Positions 36,073-43,318 of a stretch of 53,595 nt of DNA are shown here, piece by piece. Under the pieces are notes generated by a model that did no database searches, was not told the origin of the DNA, and saw nothing but the letters and a program-made list of their open reading frames with translations. The translations under genes were made by a program, and so were the position numbers. The stretch lies in NCBI GenBank assembly GCA_030698695.1, contig JAUYMR010000012.1, positions 1 through 53,595 on the forward strand, in the 5' to 3' direction. Source of the stretch: a bacterium (GTDB lineage: Bacteria > Patescibacteriota > Minisyncoccia > UBA6257 > WO2-44-18). The first letter of the stretch is position 1, and every line of letters begins with the position of its first letter.

Positions 36073-37278
36073 ATGAAGAGAATCTACCTAGATTATGCCG
36101 CTTCTACGCCAGTTGACCCAGTGGTTAAAAAAGCCATGGATCCTTATTTTTCAAAAATGTACGGCAATGCCGGTTCTTTACATTCTTTTGGACAAGAAGC
36201 ATCGGCAGCTGTTTTTAGGGCTCGCGAAGTCATTGCGCAAGCTATCGGAGCTAATTATCGGGACATTATTTTTACCGGTTCGGCCACGGAAGCTAATAAT
36301 TTGGCTTTGCGCGGAGCTGTTAAAAGCGTCAAGTATCAAATGTCGGGTATCAAGCCAAGAATTATTATTTCTTCCATTGAACACGAGTCTGTTTTGGAAA
36401 CGTGTCATGATTTAGAGAAAGAAGGAGTAGAAATAATTTATTTACCAGTTTCCAAAGATGGGATAGTTGATTTAGTCGCGCTCAAAAAGGCGCTCAATGA
36501 CCGCACTATTTTAGTTTCTATAATGTATGCCAACAATGAAATCGGCACCATCCAACCAATATCTAAAATTGCCGAAATTGTCAGCGATTTTCGTAAACCC
36601 GAAGTTAAAAACCAACCAACTAACCAATTAACCAACTGCCCCTTACTTCACACCGATGCTGTCCAAGCTTTCCAATATCTTGATTGCAATGTTCAAAAAT
36701 TGGGAGTGGATCTAATGACTTTATCAGCGCATAAAATCTATGGCCCCAAAGGTATTGGCTGTCTTTACGCGCCATATCGCAATAATCATTATCCATTGTC
36801 GCCAATCGTCACTGGTGGTGGACAGCAAAACGGTATTCATTCGGGGACAGAGAATGTTCCTTATATCGTCGGTTTCGCTAAGGCCATTGAGTTGGTAGTT
36901 AAAAATCGGGAAAAAGAGGCTAAGCGCGTAAAGTCTTTGCGTGATTATTTTTGGCAGAGATTAAAAAAGATTGCGTCGGGGATTACGCTTAATGGGTCTT
37001 CAGAAAAAAGATTGCCGAACAACCTTAATATTTATTTTGCCAAGCAATCAGCGCAGGATTTGCTGATTAAACTGGATATGGTCGGCGTGGCGGTATCGCC
37101 CGGCTCGGCTTGTCGCGCGCAGGTAGCTAGTTCCTCTTATGTGCTGGAGGCCATGGGTTTACCGACGAATCTTTGTTCTAATAGTTTACGGTTTACTTTG
37201 GGCAGACCGACGATTAAAGTTGAAATAGATACAACTATTGACAAATTAAAGAAAATCTGCTATCCTCAAAACAGATAA
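36073..37278 (+). CDS. Cysteine desulfurase (NifS/IscS family)
   Basis: IYLDYAASTP, GSATEANN, HTDAVQA, SAHKIYGPKG and GSAC motifs. Confidence 0.9.
   Translation: MKRIYLDYAASTPVDPVVKKAMDPYFSKMYGNAGSLHSFGQEASAAVFRAREVIAQAIGANYRDIIFTGSATEANNLALRGAVKSVKYQMSGIKPRIIISSIEHESVLETCHDLEKEGVEIIYLPVSKDGIVDLVALKKALNDRTILVSIMYANNEIGTIQPISKIAEIVSDFRKPEVKNQPTNQLTNCPLLHTDAVQAFQYLDCNVQKLGVDLMTLSAHKIYGPKGIGCLYAPYRNNHYPLSPIVTGGGQQNGIHSGTENVPYIVGFAKAIELVVKNREKEAKRVKSLRDYFWQRLKKIASGITLNGSSEKRLPNNLNIYFAKQSAQDLLIKLDMVGVAVSPGSACRAQVASSSYVLEAMGLPTNLCSNSLRFTLGRPTIKVEIDTTIDKLKKICYPQNR
37238..37266 (+). promoter_or_regulatory. Promoter inside the 3' end of the desulfurase CDS
   Basis: TTGACA-17 nt-TATCCT, about 80 nt upstream of the small GC-rich ORF. 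Confidence 0.45.
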
Positions 37279-37345
37279 GCGATGCTTCGGCACGGGGCCG
37301 AAAGACAGGCTTGGAATAGTTGCTTGAAAAAAGAGGGAAGAAACC

Positions 37346-37561
37346 ATGAGAGTAAAGAGCGCGTCCGATCCGACCAATGGCCCCGTCAAGGACCCCGCCC
37401 GCGGAAGGAAGAAGTTGGGCGATTTCTGCCGTTGTAATTTGAGGAGAGATGTATTTACTCCTGTGGACGGAGACGTCGACTTTTATGCCCCTTATGAGGG
37501 GCATAGTCTGCGCTCGCTCTTCTGTGAGCCCAGTCTTTTGGAGTCGGACTCCTTGGATTAA
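37346..37561 (+). CDS. Small GC-rich hypothetical protein (71 aa)
   Basis: GAGGGA SD 6-7 nt before the ATG, G/C-rich third positions in the first half, and a strong terminator downstream. Confidence 0.45.
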   Translation: MRVKSASDPTNGPVKDPARGRKKLGDFCRCNLRRDVFTPVDGDVDFYAPYEGHSLRSLFCEPSLLESDSLD

Positions 37562-37600
37562 GGCGATCTTTCGCCCGGGCTTTTGGATGACGAGTTTCGG

Positions 37601-37639
37601 GTCCCCCGTTCCATATTTTCGGAACGGGGGACTTTTTTA
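37601..37639 (+). terminator. Rho-independent terminator
   Basis: 12-bp stem GTCCCCCGTTCC/GGAACGGGGGAC followed by T6. Confidence 0.85.
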
Positions 37640-37642
37640 TTT

Positions 37643-37673
37643 GATTTTGCCGATTCTAAAAATCGGCAAAATC
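37643..37673. repeat. Perfect 13-bp hairpin GATTTTGCCGATT-ctaaa-AATCGGCAAAATC
   Basis: Read directly. Sits immediately after the terminator. Confidence 0.8.
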
Positions 37674-37824
37674 ATTCTGAGGGAAGCGAAGAATAACAAT
37701 ATGTCAGGAAAATCAGTCTGCTATTATTGCGAGGAGCCGTCCATTAGCTGATGGGCGACAAGGTGGTAATCTAACTATAATGTAAGATTGCCGCGTTACG
37801 CTTGCAATGACGGAAAATGGGTGC

Positions 37825-37851
37825 TTGACATCATCAAGGGCCTGATATAAT
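37825..37851 (+). promoter_or_regulatory. rplJ operon promoter
   Basis: TTGACA followed by an extended -10 TGATATAAT (15-nt spacer). Confidence 0.55.
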
Positions 37852-37857
37852 ATAAAT

Positions 37858-38070
37858 ACATATTCCGCAGACAAGAGGTTGGCCAACAGCCGTAAATCCT
37901 CTCAAGGAGAATTAGTTAGTTGGTTAATTAGTTAGTTGGTAGCTTTGCAAAAACAATTAACTAACTAACAACTAATTAACTAGAATCTCTGCGGCATAAC
38001 AGCCGTTTTTATTTTACACGACCGTTCGTGGCATTCATATAGAGTCTATAATGTTTATATCATATTTTTT
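37858..38070 (+). ncRNA. Structured rplJ (L10) leader with putative attenuator
   Basis: P1 CCGCAGA(37865)/TCTGCGG(37988), P2 AGAGG/CCTCT, and a long AU-rich hairpin at 37907..37987. A competing hairpin GCGGCataacaGCCGT plus T-run lies at 37991..38014. Confidence 0.5.
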
Positions 38071-38748
38071 ATGTTAACTAGAGCAGAAAAAAAGGAATAC
38101 ATAGATTTAGGTAAAGATTTAGCCCAAAAGAGCAAGGCGCTAGTTTTTGCCGATTTTTCCGGCATCAGCACGGCTGATATCCGCAAATTAAAAAGCGAAT
38201 TGAAGAAATTGGGGGCCAATTTTAAAGTTATTAAAAAAAGATTGCTCAAACTATCTCTTAAAGAAGCGGGGATAGATGTGGATCCCACTCAATTTGACTC
38301 TCAGGTAGGTACAGTTTTCGCCAATGACGATCTGATTTCAGTGGCGGCGCCTATTTATAAATTTTCTAAAGAATTAGCGAAAAGCAAAAAAGATTTTAAA
38401 ATATTAGGAGCTTATGACTCAGTAGAAAAATCATTTTTGGATGCCGATCAATTTACAATTATTGCTAAATTGCCATCGCGTGAAGTTTTGTTGGCTCAAT
38501 TAGTCGGCATGATGGCCGGGTCTATCAGGGCATTTATGTATATAGTTGACCAATTAAGTAAGAAGGGTGATTCTTCCGAAGTCACGTCAGATGCCAGCGT
38601 CAACGATGTTCCTAAGCCAGCAGAATCTACCAAAGAAACAGAGTCAACGACCGCTTCAGCTGAGGTGGCCAACGGTAAGAAATCGGACAATGAAACACAG
38701 CCGCAGGATAAACCAGCGGATGATGACAAAACGGTCGAATCAAAATAG
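38071..38748 (+). CDS. rplJ: 50S ribosomal protein L10 with long acidic/Ser-Thr-rich C-terminal extension
   Basis: L10-like N-terminal ~165 aa in the position before rplL; 225 aa in total. Confidence 0.9.
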   Translation: MLTRAEKKEYIDLGKDLAQKSKALVFADFSGISTADIRKLKSELKKLGANFKVIKKRLLKLSLKEAGIDVDPTQFDSQVGTVFANDDLISVAAPIYKFSKELAKSKKDFKILGAYDSVEKSFLDADQFTIIAKLPSREVLLAQLVGMMAGSIRAFMYIVDQLSKKGDSSEVTSDASVNDVPKPAESTKETESTTASAEVANGKKSDNETQPQDKPADDDKTVESK

Positions 38749-38760
38749 TTAATAAGTATT

Positions 38761-39129
38761 ATGGATAAATTACAACAAATTATAGATCAAGTGGGAGAAC
38801 TCAAAGTTACCGAACTGGCCGATTTAGTAAAAAAGATGGAAGAAAAATTTGGAGTTTCTGCCGCCATGCCAGTTATGGCTGGAGGCGCGGGTGGTGGTGC
38901 CGGGGCTGAAGAAGAAAAAACTTCCTGGAATATTATGTTGAAAGATGCCGGCGCTCAAAAGATTCAAGTCATCAAAGCCGTAAAAGAAATTACTGGCTTG
39001 GGATTGCAAGAAGCCAAAGCGCTTGTTGATGGGGCTCCGAAAGTGGTCAAAGAAGGACTTAAGAAAGAAGAGGCCGAAGAAATGAAAAAGAAATTGACTG
39101 AGGCGGGCGCCGTGATAGAGCTTCAATAA
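38761..39129 (+). CDS. rplL: 50S ribosomal protein L7/L12
   Basis: Gly/Ala hinge and C-terminal [28 protein letters not shown]. Confidence 0.95.
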   Translation: MDKLQQIIDQVGELKVTELADLVKKMEEKFGVSAAMPVMAGGAGGGAGAEEEKTSWNIMLKDAGAQKIQVIKAVKEITGLGLQEAKALVDGAPKVVKEGLKKEEAEEMKKKLTEAGAVIELQ

Positions 39130-39133
39130 TCTT

Positions 39134-39167
39134 AAAAAAATATCCACCAATTGGTGGATATTTTTTT
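39134..39167 (+). terminator. Rho-independent terminator after rplL
   Basis: AAAAAATATCCACCAA/TTGGTGGATATTTTTTT palindrome. Confidence 0.85.
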
Positions 39168-39172
39168 AAATA

Positions 39173-39376
39173 TGGACGCTACTGGGATCGAACCAGCGAC
39201 TTTTCCGACCTGCCTGCCGTATTGGTGCGCGCACCTGGATTCGAACCAGGGGCCTTTGCAATGTGAATGCAACGCTCTAACCAGCTGAGCTATGCGCGCC
39301 TAGATAGGCCTATTTGTTAAACAAGTAGGCGGTAGGCGGGCGCGAACGGAACGTTCTGCCACTGAACTAAGCGTCC
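39173..39376 (-). tRNA. Interrupted tRNA (isotype undetermined) with a ~132-nt insert in the anticodon loop
   Basis: GGACGCT-TA-GTTC-AGTGGCA-GAAC-G-TTCCG [139 nt] CGGAA-AAGTC-GCTGG-TTCGATC-CCAGT-AGCGTCC-A. All stems and tertiary-contact positions are intact. Confidence 0.6.
39223..39299 (-). tRNA. tRNA-Val (anticodon CAC), CCA encoded, nested inside the interrupted tRNA
   Basis: GCGCGCA-TA-GCTC-AGCTGGTTA-GAGC-G-TTGCA-TTCACAT-TGCAA-AGGCC-CCTGG-TTCGAAT-CCAGG-TGCGCGC-ACCA. Confidence 0.9.
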
Positions 39377-39416
39377 GATTAAAGCCGTCCCATTTGATGG
39401 GGCGGCTTGTTTATAT

Positions 39417-39827
39417 CTAAGCGTGACTGAATTTCATAAAACTATTTTTACCAATATGCACATATCTAACATAATATGATGTTCTGGGAATCTTACCTAA
39501 CAAATACCTGCGCTGTTTATTGGAAAATCTTTTATAAAGAATATTTTCCAAATCATAAATATATTGGTGATGAGCGGTGGGGAATATTTGATGACATAAT
39601 TCATGGATCAAGGTTTTGATTTTTTCATCTTCATCCAGATCATCGTCAATTAATGCGTAAATTTCCAGTAAGCCATTAGTGATGAGATAACCGCACAGCG
39701 AGCCACGTGATTTATTGTCGGATAACAGACCTCTAATGGATTTAACATGCACGATTCTTTTGTCCAATATGAATTTGAATTGCATAAAAAACACGTTAAC
39801 AAAAACAGCGATCTCTCTGCCGGCCAT
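39417..39827 (-). CDS. Hypothetical HExxH-motif protein (putative small zinc metallopeptidase)
   Basis: TAGGAGG SD before the ATG and an LIHELCHQIF motif. Hairpin at 39381..39407 downstream. Confidence 0.55.
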   Translation of the reverse strand: MAGREIAVFVNVFFMQFKFILDKRIVHVKSIRGLLSDNKSRGSLCGYLITNGLLEIYALIDDDLDEDEKIKTLIHELCHQIFPTAHHQYIYDLENILYKRFSNKQRRYLLGKIPRTSYYVRYVHIGKNSFMKFSHA

Positions 39828-39939
39828 GGGCGCCTCCTATCAATATTTATACAATCAAAATACTACTGACATCATAACGTTATTTTCGGCTGATTAGCAA
39901 TATTCTGCGCGTTAATACGTTGATTTTTGAGAAGCGTTG

Positions 39940-40045
39940 TTATCCACAAGTTCTGTATTGGTGAATTGGGGAGTGGTGGTGTATAGTTAAACATAGGTGG
40001 GGAATTGTGGATAAGTATGGGGATAACCTCACTTTCTGGGGATAA
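39940..40045 (+). promoter_or_regulatory. Cluster of DnaA-box-like / MraZ-operator-like repeats upstream of mraZ
   Basis: TTATCCACA (39940), TGGGGA (39967, 39998), TGTGGATAA (40006), TGGGGATAA (40018, 40037). Confidence 0.55.
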
Positions 40046-40057
40046 CTTTATAAAGAT

Positions 40058-40486
40058 ATGTTCATCGGAGAATATCAACACAATTTAGATGAGAAGGGCA
40101 GATTGGCCGTACCTGCTAAATTTCGCCAACAGATGAGGGGAGCCATTATAACCCGCGGACTTGATAAATGTTTGTGGGTCTTTAATAAATCAGAATGGGA
40201 ATTGCTGGCGCAAAAATTAATCGCTCTACCGTTGGCTCAGGCAAATTCTAGGGCGTTTGTTCGTTTAATGTTGGCTGGCGCCATGGAAGCTCCGCTTGAT
40301 GTGCAGGGCAGGATCTTAGTTCCAGATTATTTGCGTCGTTATTCAGGATTGAAAAAATCGGCCATTGTGGCTGGTTTGTATAATCGCATAGAAATTTGGG
40401 ATGAGAATAAATGGCAGAATTATAAGTCCAAAACCGAGGCCTCTTCCGATGATATAGCAGAGAAATTGTCGGAATTAGGGATATGA
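40058..40486 (+). CDS. mraZ: Transcriptional regulator MraZ
   Basis: MFIGEYQHNLDEKGRLAVPAKFR and a second SpoVT/AbrB-like repeat. Confidence 0.95.
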   Translation: MFIGEYQHNLDEKGRLAVPAKFRQQMRGAIITRGLDKCLWVFNKSEWELLAQKLIALPLAQANSRAFVRLMLAGAMEAPLDVQGRILVPDYLRRYSGLKKSAIVAGLYNRIEIWDENKWQNYKSKTEASSDDIAEKLSELGI

Positions 40487-41307
40487 TTCATCAAGCAGTT
40501 CTTTTAAAAGAGGTAATAAAAGTTTTAGATCCAAAACCGGGAGAATTCTTTATTGACGGGACAGCTGGCGCGGGGGGCCACAGTCAAGCCATTGGGGAAA
40601 AAATTGGCGATAAAGGAAGATTATTGGCTATTGATTGGGAAAAGACCGGAGAAAACTACGCTGACTTGCCAAAGATTTTAAAAGATAAGCATTTAGGCAA
40701 GGCAGACGGTTTGTTGCTGGATTTGGGGTTTTCTTCCGATCAATTAATATCCGGGTCCGGCTTCAGTTTTTTAAAAGATGAGCCTCTGATTATGACTTAT
40801 AGTTCTGATAATGACCCGGCTAAAGATGTTTTGTTAGAGCTGACAGAAGATGAATTGGCGGACGTCATTAAAACCTATGGAGAAGAACATTATGCCAAAC
40901 GTATTGCTGAAGCCATCAAGGAACAAGAAAAAAGAAAGCCAATTGATACTACTGGAGAATTGGTGGCGGCCATAAAAAGAGCTGTGCCACCTAACTATGA
41001 AAATGGTCGCATAAATCCAGCCACTCGGACTTTTATGGCTCTTCGCATATATGTCAATCGGGAATTGGAAAATTTGGAAATTTTATTACAACAGTTGGAT
41101 AAAATATTAAAACACAATGGACGAGTCGCTATTATATCATTCCATTCATTAGAGGATAGGTTGGTTAAAAATTATTTTCGCGACTTAGCCAAAGAGAACA
41201 AGCTGGAAATATTAACCAAGAAGCCAATCGTCGCTAGTCAGGAAGAAATAATTAATAATCCACGTTCGCGCTCAGCCAAGTTGAGGGCGGCCAAGATAGT
41301 TAATTAG
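40483..41307 (+). CDS. rsmH: 16S rRNA (cytosine1402-N4)-methyltransferase RsmH
   Basis: HQAVLLKEV..DGTAGAGGHS and FHSLEDR motifs. Confidence 0.9.
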   Translation: MIHQAVLLKEVIKVLDPKPGEFFIDGTAGAGGHSQAIGEKIGDKGRLLAIDWEKTGENYADLPKILKDKHLGKADGLLLDLGFSSDQLISGSGFSFLKDEPLIMTYSSDNDPAKDVLLELTEDELADVIKTYGEEHYAKRIAEAIKEQEKRKPIDTTGELVAAIKRAVPPNYENGRINPATRTFMALRIYVNRELENLEILLQQLDKILKHNGRVAIISFHSLEDRLVKNYFRDLAKENKLEILTKKPIVASQEEIINNPRSRSAKLRAAKIVN

Positions 41308-41343
41308 AAATCTTATTAAACCAACTAACTAAGTAGCCAAAAT

Positions 41344-41661
41344 ATGACCATCATTGAACCGAATAAAAATAAATTTCATTTTAGTCCGTTATTGACCATA
41401 TTAATAATCGGTTTGATTGTTGGCGTCTTATCCAATATTTACCTTTACAATAAAAACGTTGATTCGGCCTATTTACTAAACAAACAAGAGAAGCATTTAC
41501 AAGAATTAGAAGTGATTAACGCCGATAATAAGAATCAGCTATATAAGATATTAGATGATCGCAATTTTAATGAAGTGGTTGCAGAGCTAGGCTTGGTAAA
41601 AGATAATAGGCCGGAATATCTAAAAAGTCATGTCGCCGCTTTAGCGGCTTTGTTTAATTAA
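41344..41661 (+). CDS. FtsL-like small bitopic cell-division protein
   Basis: Single N-terminal TM plus coiled-coil-like region, in the conserved slot between rsmH and ftsI. Confidence 0.6.
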   Translation: MTIIEPNKNKFHFSPLLTILIIGLIVGVLSNIYLYNKNVDSAYLLNKQEKHLQELEVINADNKNQLYKILDDRNFNEVVAELGLVKDNRPEYLKSHVAALAALFN

Positions 41662-41662
41662 A

Positions 41663-43306
41663 ATGAAATGGCGCGTTTTTTTATTAACTGGCGGAATATT
41701 TTTGGCATACAGCGCTTTAATTTTTAATCTTTCTAAACTACAACTAGAACAAGGCGGTTACTATTCCGCTAAAGCAGAATCCCAATATAGATCATCGGGT
41801 TTTTTGCGGGCTCAAAGGGGTAATATTTATTTTGTGGATAAAAACGACAATCTTATTCCGGCCGCTATCAATAAAAAATATCCGACAATATTTGCCGTTC
41901 CTGAGGAAATAGAGAATAAAGACGCGGTCAGCCAAACGCTAGCCTCAATATTGACCTTAGACGAACAGACTCTGCGCAATCAATTGAATAAGCCGGGCGA
42001 TCTTTACGAATTATTGATTACAAAAGCGGACAAAGAACAAGTTGAAAAGATTTTAGCTGCGGATCTGACAGGTGTTTATATTGATAGCCAAGAATTCAGA
42101 TTCTATCCATTTAATGAATTGGCGGCTCATGTTTTGGGTTTCGTTGGCGTAGACGAACAAGAGGAGGTGGCTGGCGGGCGTTATGGCATAGAACTTTATT
42201 TTAATGATTTATTAAGTGGTCGGCCCGGTAAATTGGACGCATCTGGACAGGGCAACAAAACCATAGAGCCCGTCGATGGCGAAGATGTCGTCCTGACTAT
42301 TGATAGAAACATACAAGCCAGAGCAGAGGAGATATTGGATAAATTGATAAAAGATTATCGTGCCGTTGCCGGAACCGTTATAGTGGAAGATCCCAAAACG
42401 GGAAAGATTTTAGCGATGGGTAATTATCCTACTTTTGACCCCAATAATTATTCGGAATATCCATTAAAATCATTTTTAAATCCAGCAGTACAGGCCGTTT
42501 ATGAACCGGGCTCTATATTTAAAGTTATGACGATGGCGGCCGGTATTGACAGTGGACGTCTCAAACCTAGCGATAAATATTATGATAGCGGCTCTGTTAC
42601 TTTTAACGGTAGCACTATTAAAAATTGGGATTTGAAGGCGCATGGCTGGGTTACTATGACAGAAGTTATTGAACAGTCTATAAATACCGGCGCGGTGTTC
42701 GCTCAGCGTCAGACTGGCGAGGGGATTTTTTACGATTATTTAGTAGCTCTGGGATTTAAAGAGCCTACGGGGATTAATTTGCCGGGAGAGTTAAGGGGTA
42801 GTTTGGTCAATCTTGAAACGGATGTCAGAGACATTAATTTTGCTACGGCGTCTTTTGGGCAGGGAGTGTCCGTAACGCCGATAGAATTAATTGCGGCCGT
42901 GTCAGCTATAGCCAATGATGGCGTTATGATGAAGCCGACTATAAATAACAACGAAGATCCGGAAGTTATAAGACAGACGCTGTCTCCAGAGGCGGCTAAT
43001 CAAGTTACGGCCATGATGGCTTCAGCTGTGCGCAAAGCGCAAGTCGCGCAAATACCCAATTATGAAATTGCCGGTAAAACTGGCACGGCTCAAGTGCCGA
43101 ATTTTGGTAAGGGCGGCTACACGGACGAGGTTATAGATACTTATGCCGGTTTTGCTCCGGCTACCAACCCCAGATTTGTTATTCTTATAAAAATTGATAA
43201 ACCATACGGGGCGCCACACGCGGCTTTAACAGTTGTGCCCGCTTTCCGAGAATTGGCAGAATTTATATTAAACTATTACAATGTTAGGCCAGATAGTTTT
43301 GAATAA
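41663..43306 (+). CDS. ftsI: Penicillin-binding protein 2 / FtsI-type transpeptidase
   Basis: N-terminal TM, PBP dimerisation region, and motifs SIFK (SxxK), SIN (SxN) and KTGT. Confidence 0.9.
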   Translation: MKWRVFLLTGGIFLAYSALIFNLSKLQLEQGGYYSAKAESQYRSSGFLRAQRGNIYFVDKNDNLIPAAINKKYPTIFAVPEEIENKDAVSQTLASILTLDEQTLRNQLNKPGDLYELLITKADKEQVEKILAADLTGVYIDSQEFRFYPFNELAAHVLGFVGVDEQEEVAGGRYGIELYFNDLLSGRPGKLDASGQGNKTIEPVDGEDVVLTIDRNIQARAEEILDKLIKDYRAVAGTVIVEDPKTGKILAMGNYPTFDPNNYSEYPLKSFLNPAVQAVYEPGSIFKVMTMAAGIDSGRLKPSDKYYDSGSVTFNGSTIKNWDLKAHGWVTMTEVIEQSINTGAVFAQRQTGEGIFYDYLVALGFKEPTGINLPGELRGSLVNLETDVRDINFATASFGQGVSVTPIELIAAVSAIANDGVMMKPTINNNEDPEVIRQTLSPEAANQVTAMMASAVRKAQVAQIPNYEIAGKTGTAQVPNFGKGGYTDEVIDTYAGFAPATNPRFVILIKIDKPYGAPHAALTVVPAFRELAEFILNYYNVRPDSFE

Positions 43307-43318
43307 ATATATAAAATA

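Noticed and set aside
37395-37420. CGCGGAAGGAAGAAG resembles the SRP RNA domain IV motif (CCGGAAGGAAGCAGCC).
   Set aside because: The flanking bases cannot form the closing pairs of the GGAA tetraloop helix, and no matching 3' strand was found. It most likely lies within a coding region.
37235-37751. ORFs 37235..37504 (-) and 37449..37751 (+).
   Set aside because: The first overlaps the desulfurase 3' end in antisense. The second runs straight through a 12-bp GC terminator and a perfect hairpin. Neither has start signals.
39173-39376. Group I intron or archaeal BHB intron as the explanation for the interrupted tRNA.
   Set aside because: A ~132-nt insert, 77 nt of which is a tRNA, is too short for a group I core. 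I could not draw a canonical 3-4-3 bulge-helix-bulge at the junctions by eye. The mechanism is left open.
39828-40057. Possible chromosomal origin (oriC), because of two perfect and two near-perfect DnaA boxes.
   Set aside because: No dnaA or dnaN is nearby and no clear AT-rich 13-mer unwinding region. All the G-rich boxes are co-oriented directly in front of mraZ, which fits an MraZ operator better. Kept as a regulatory finding instead.
39872-40081. 69-aa minus-strand ORF overlapping the mraZ start and the repeat boxes.
   Set aside because: It lies in a regulatory intergenic region, has no SD and overlaps the mraZ start. It is likely spurious.
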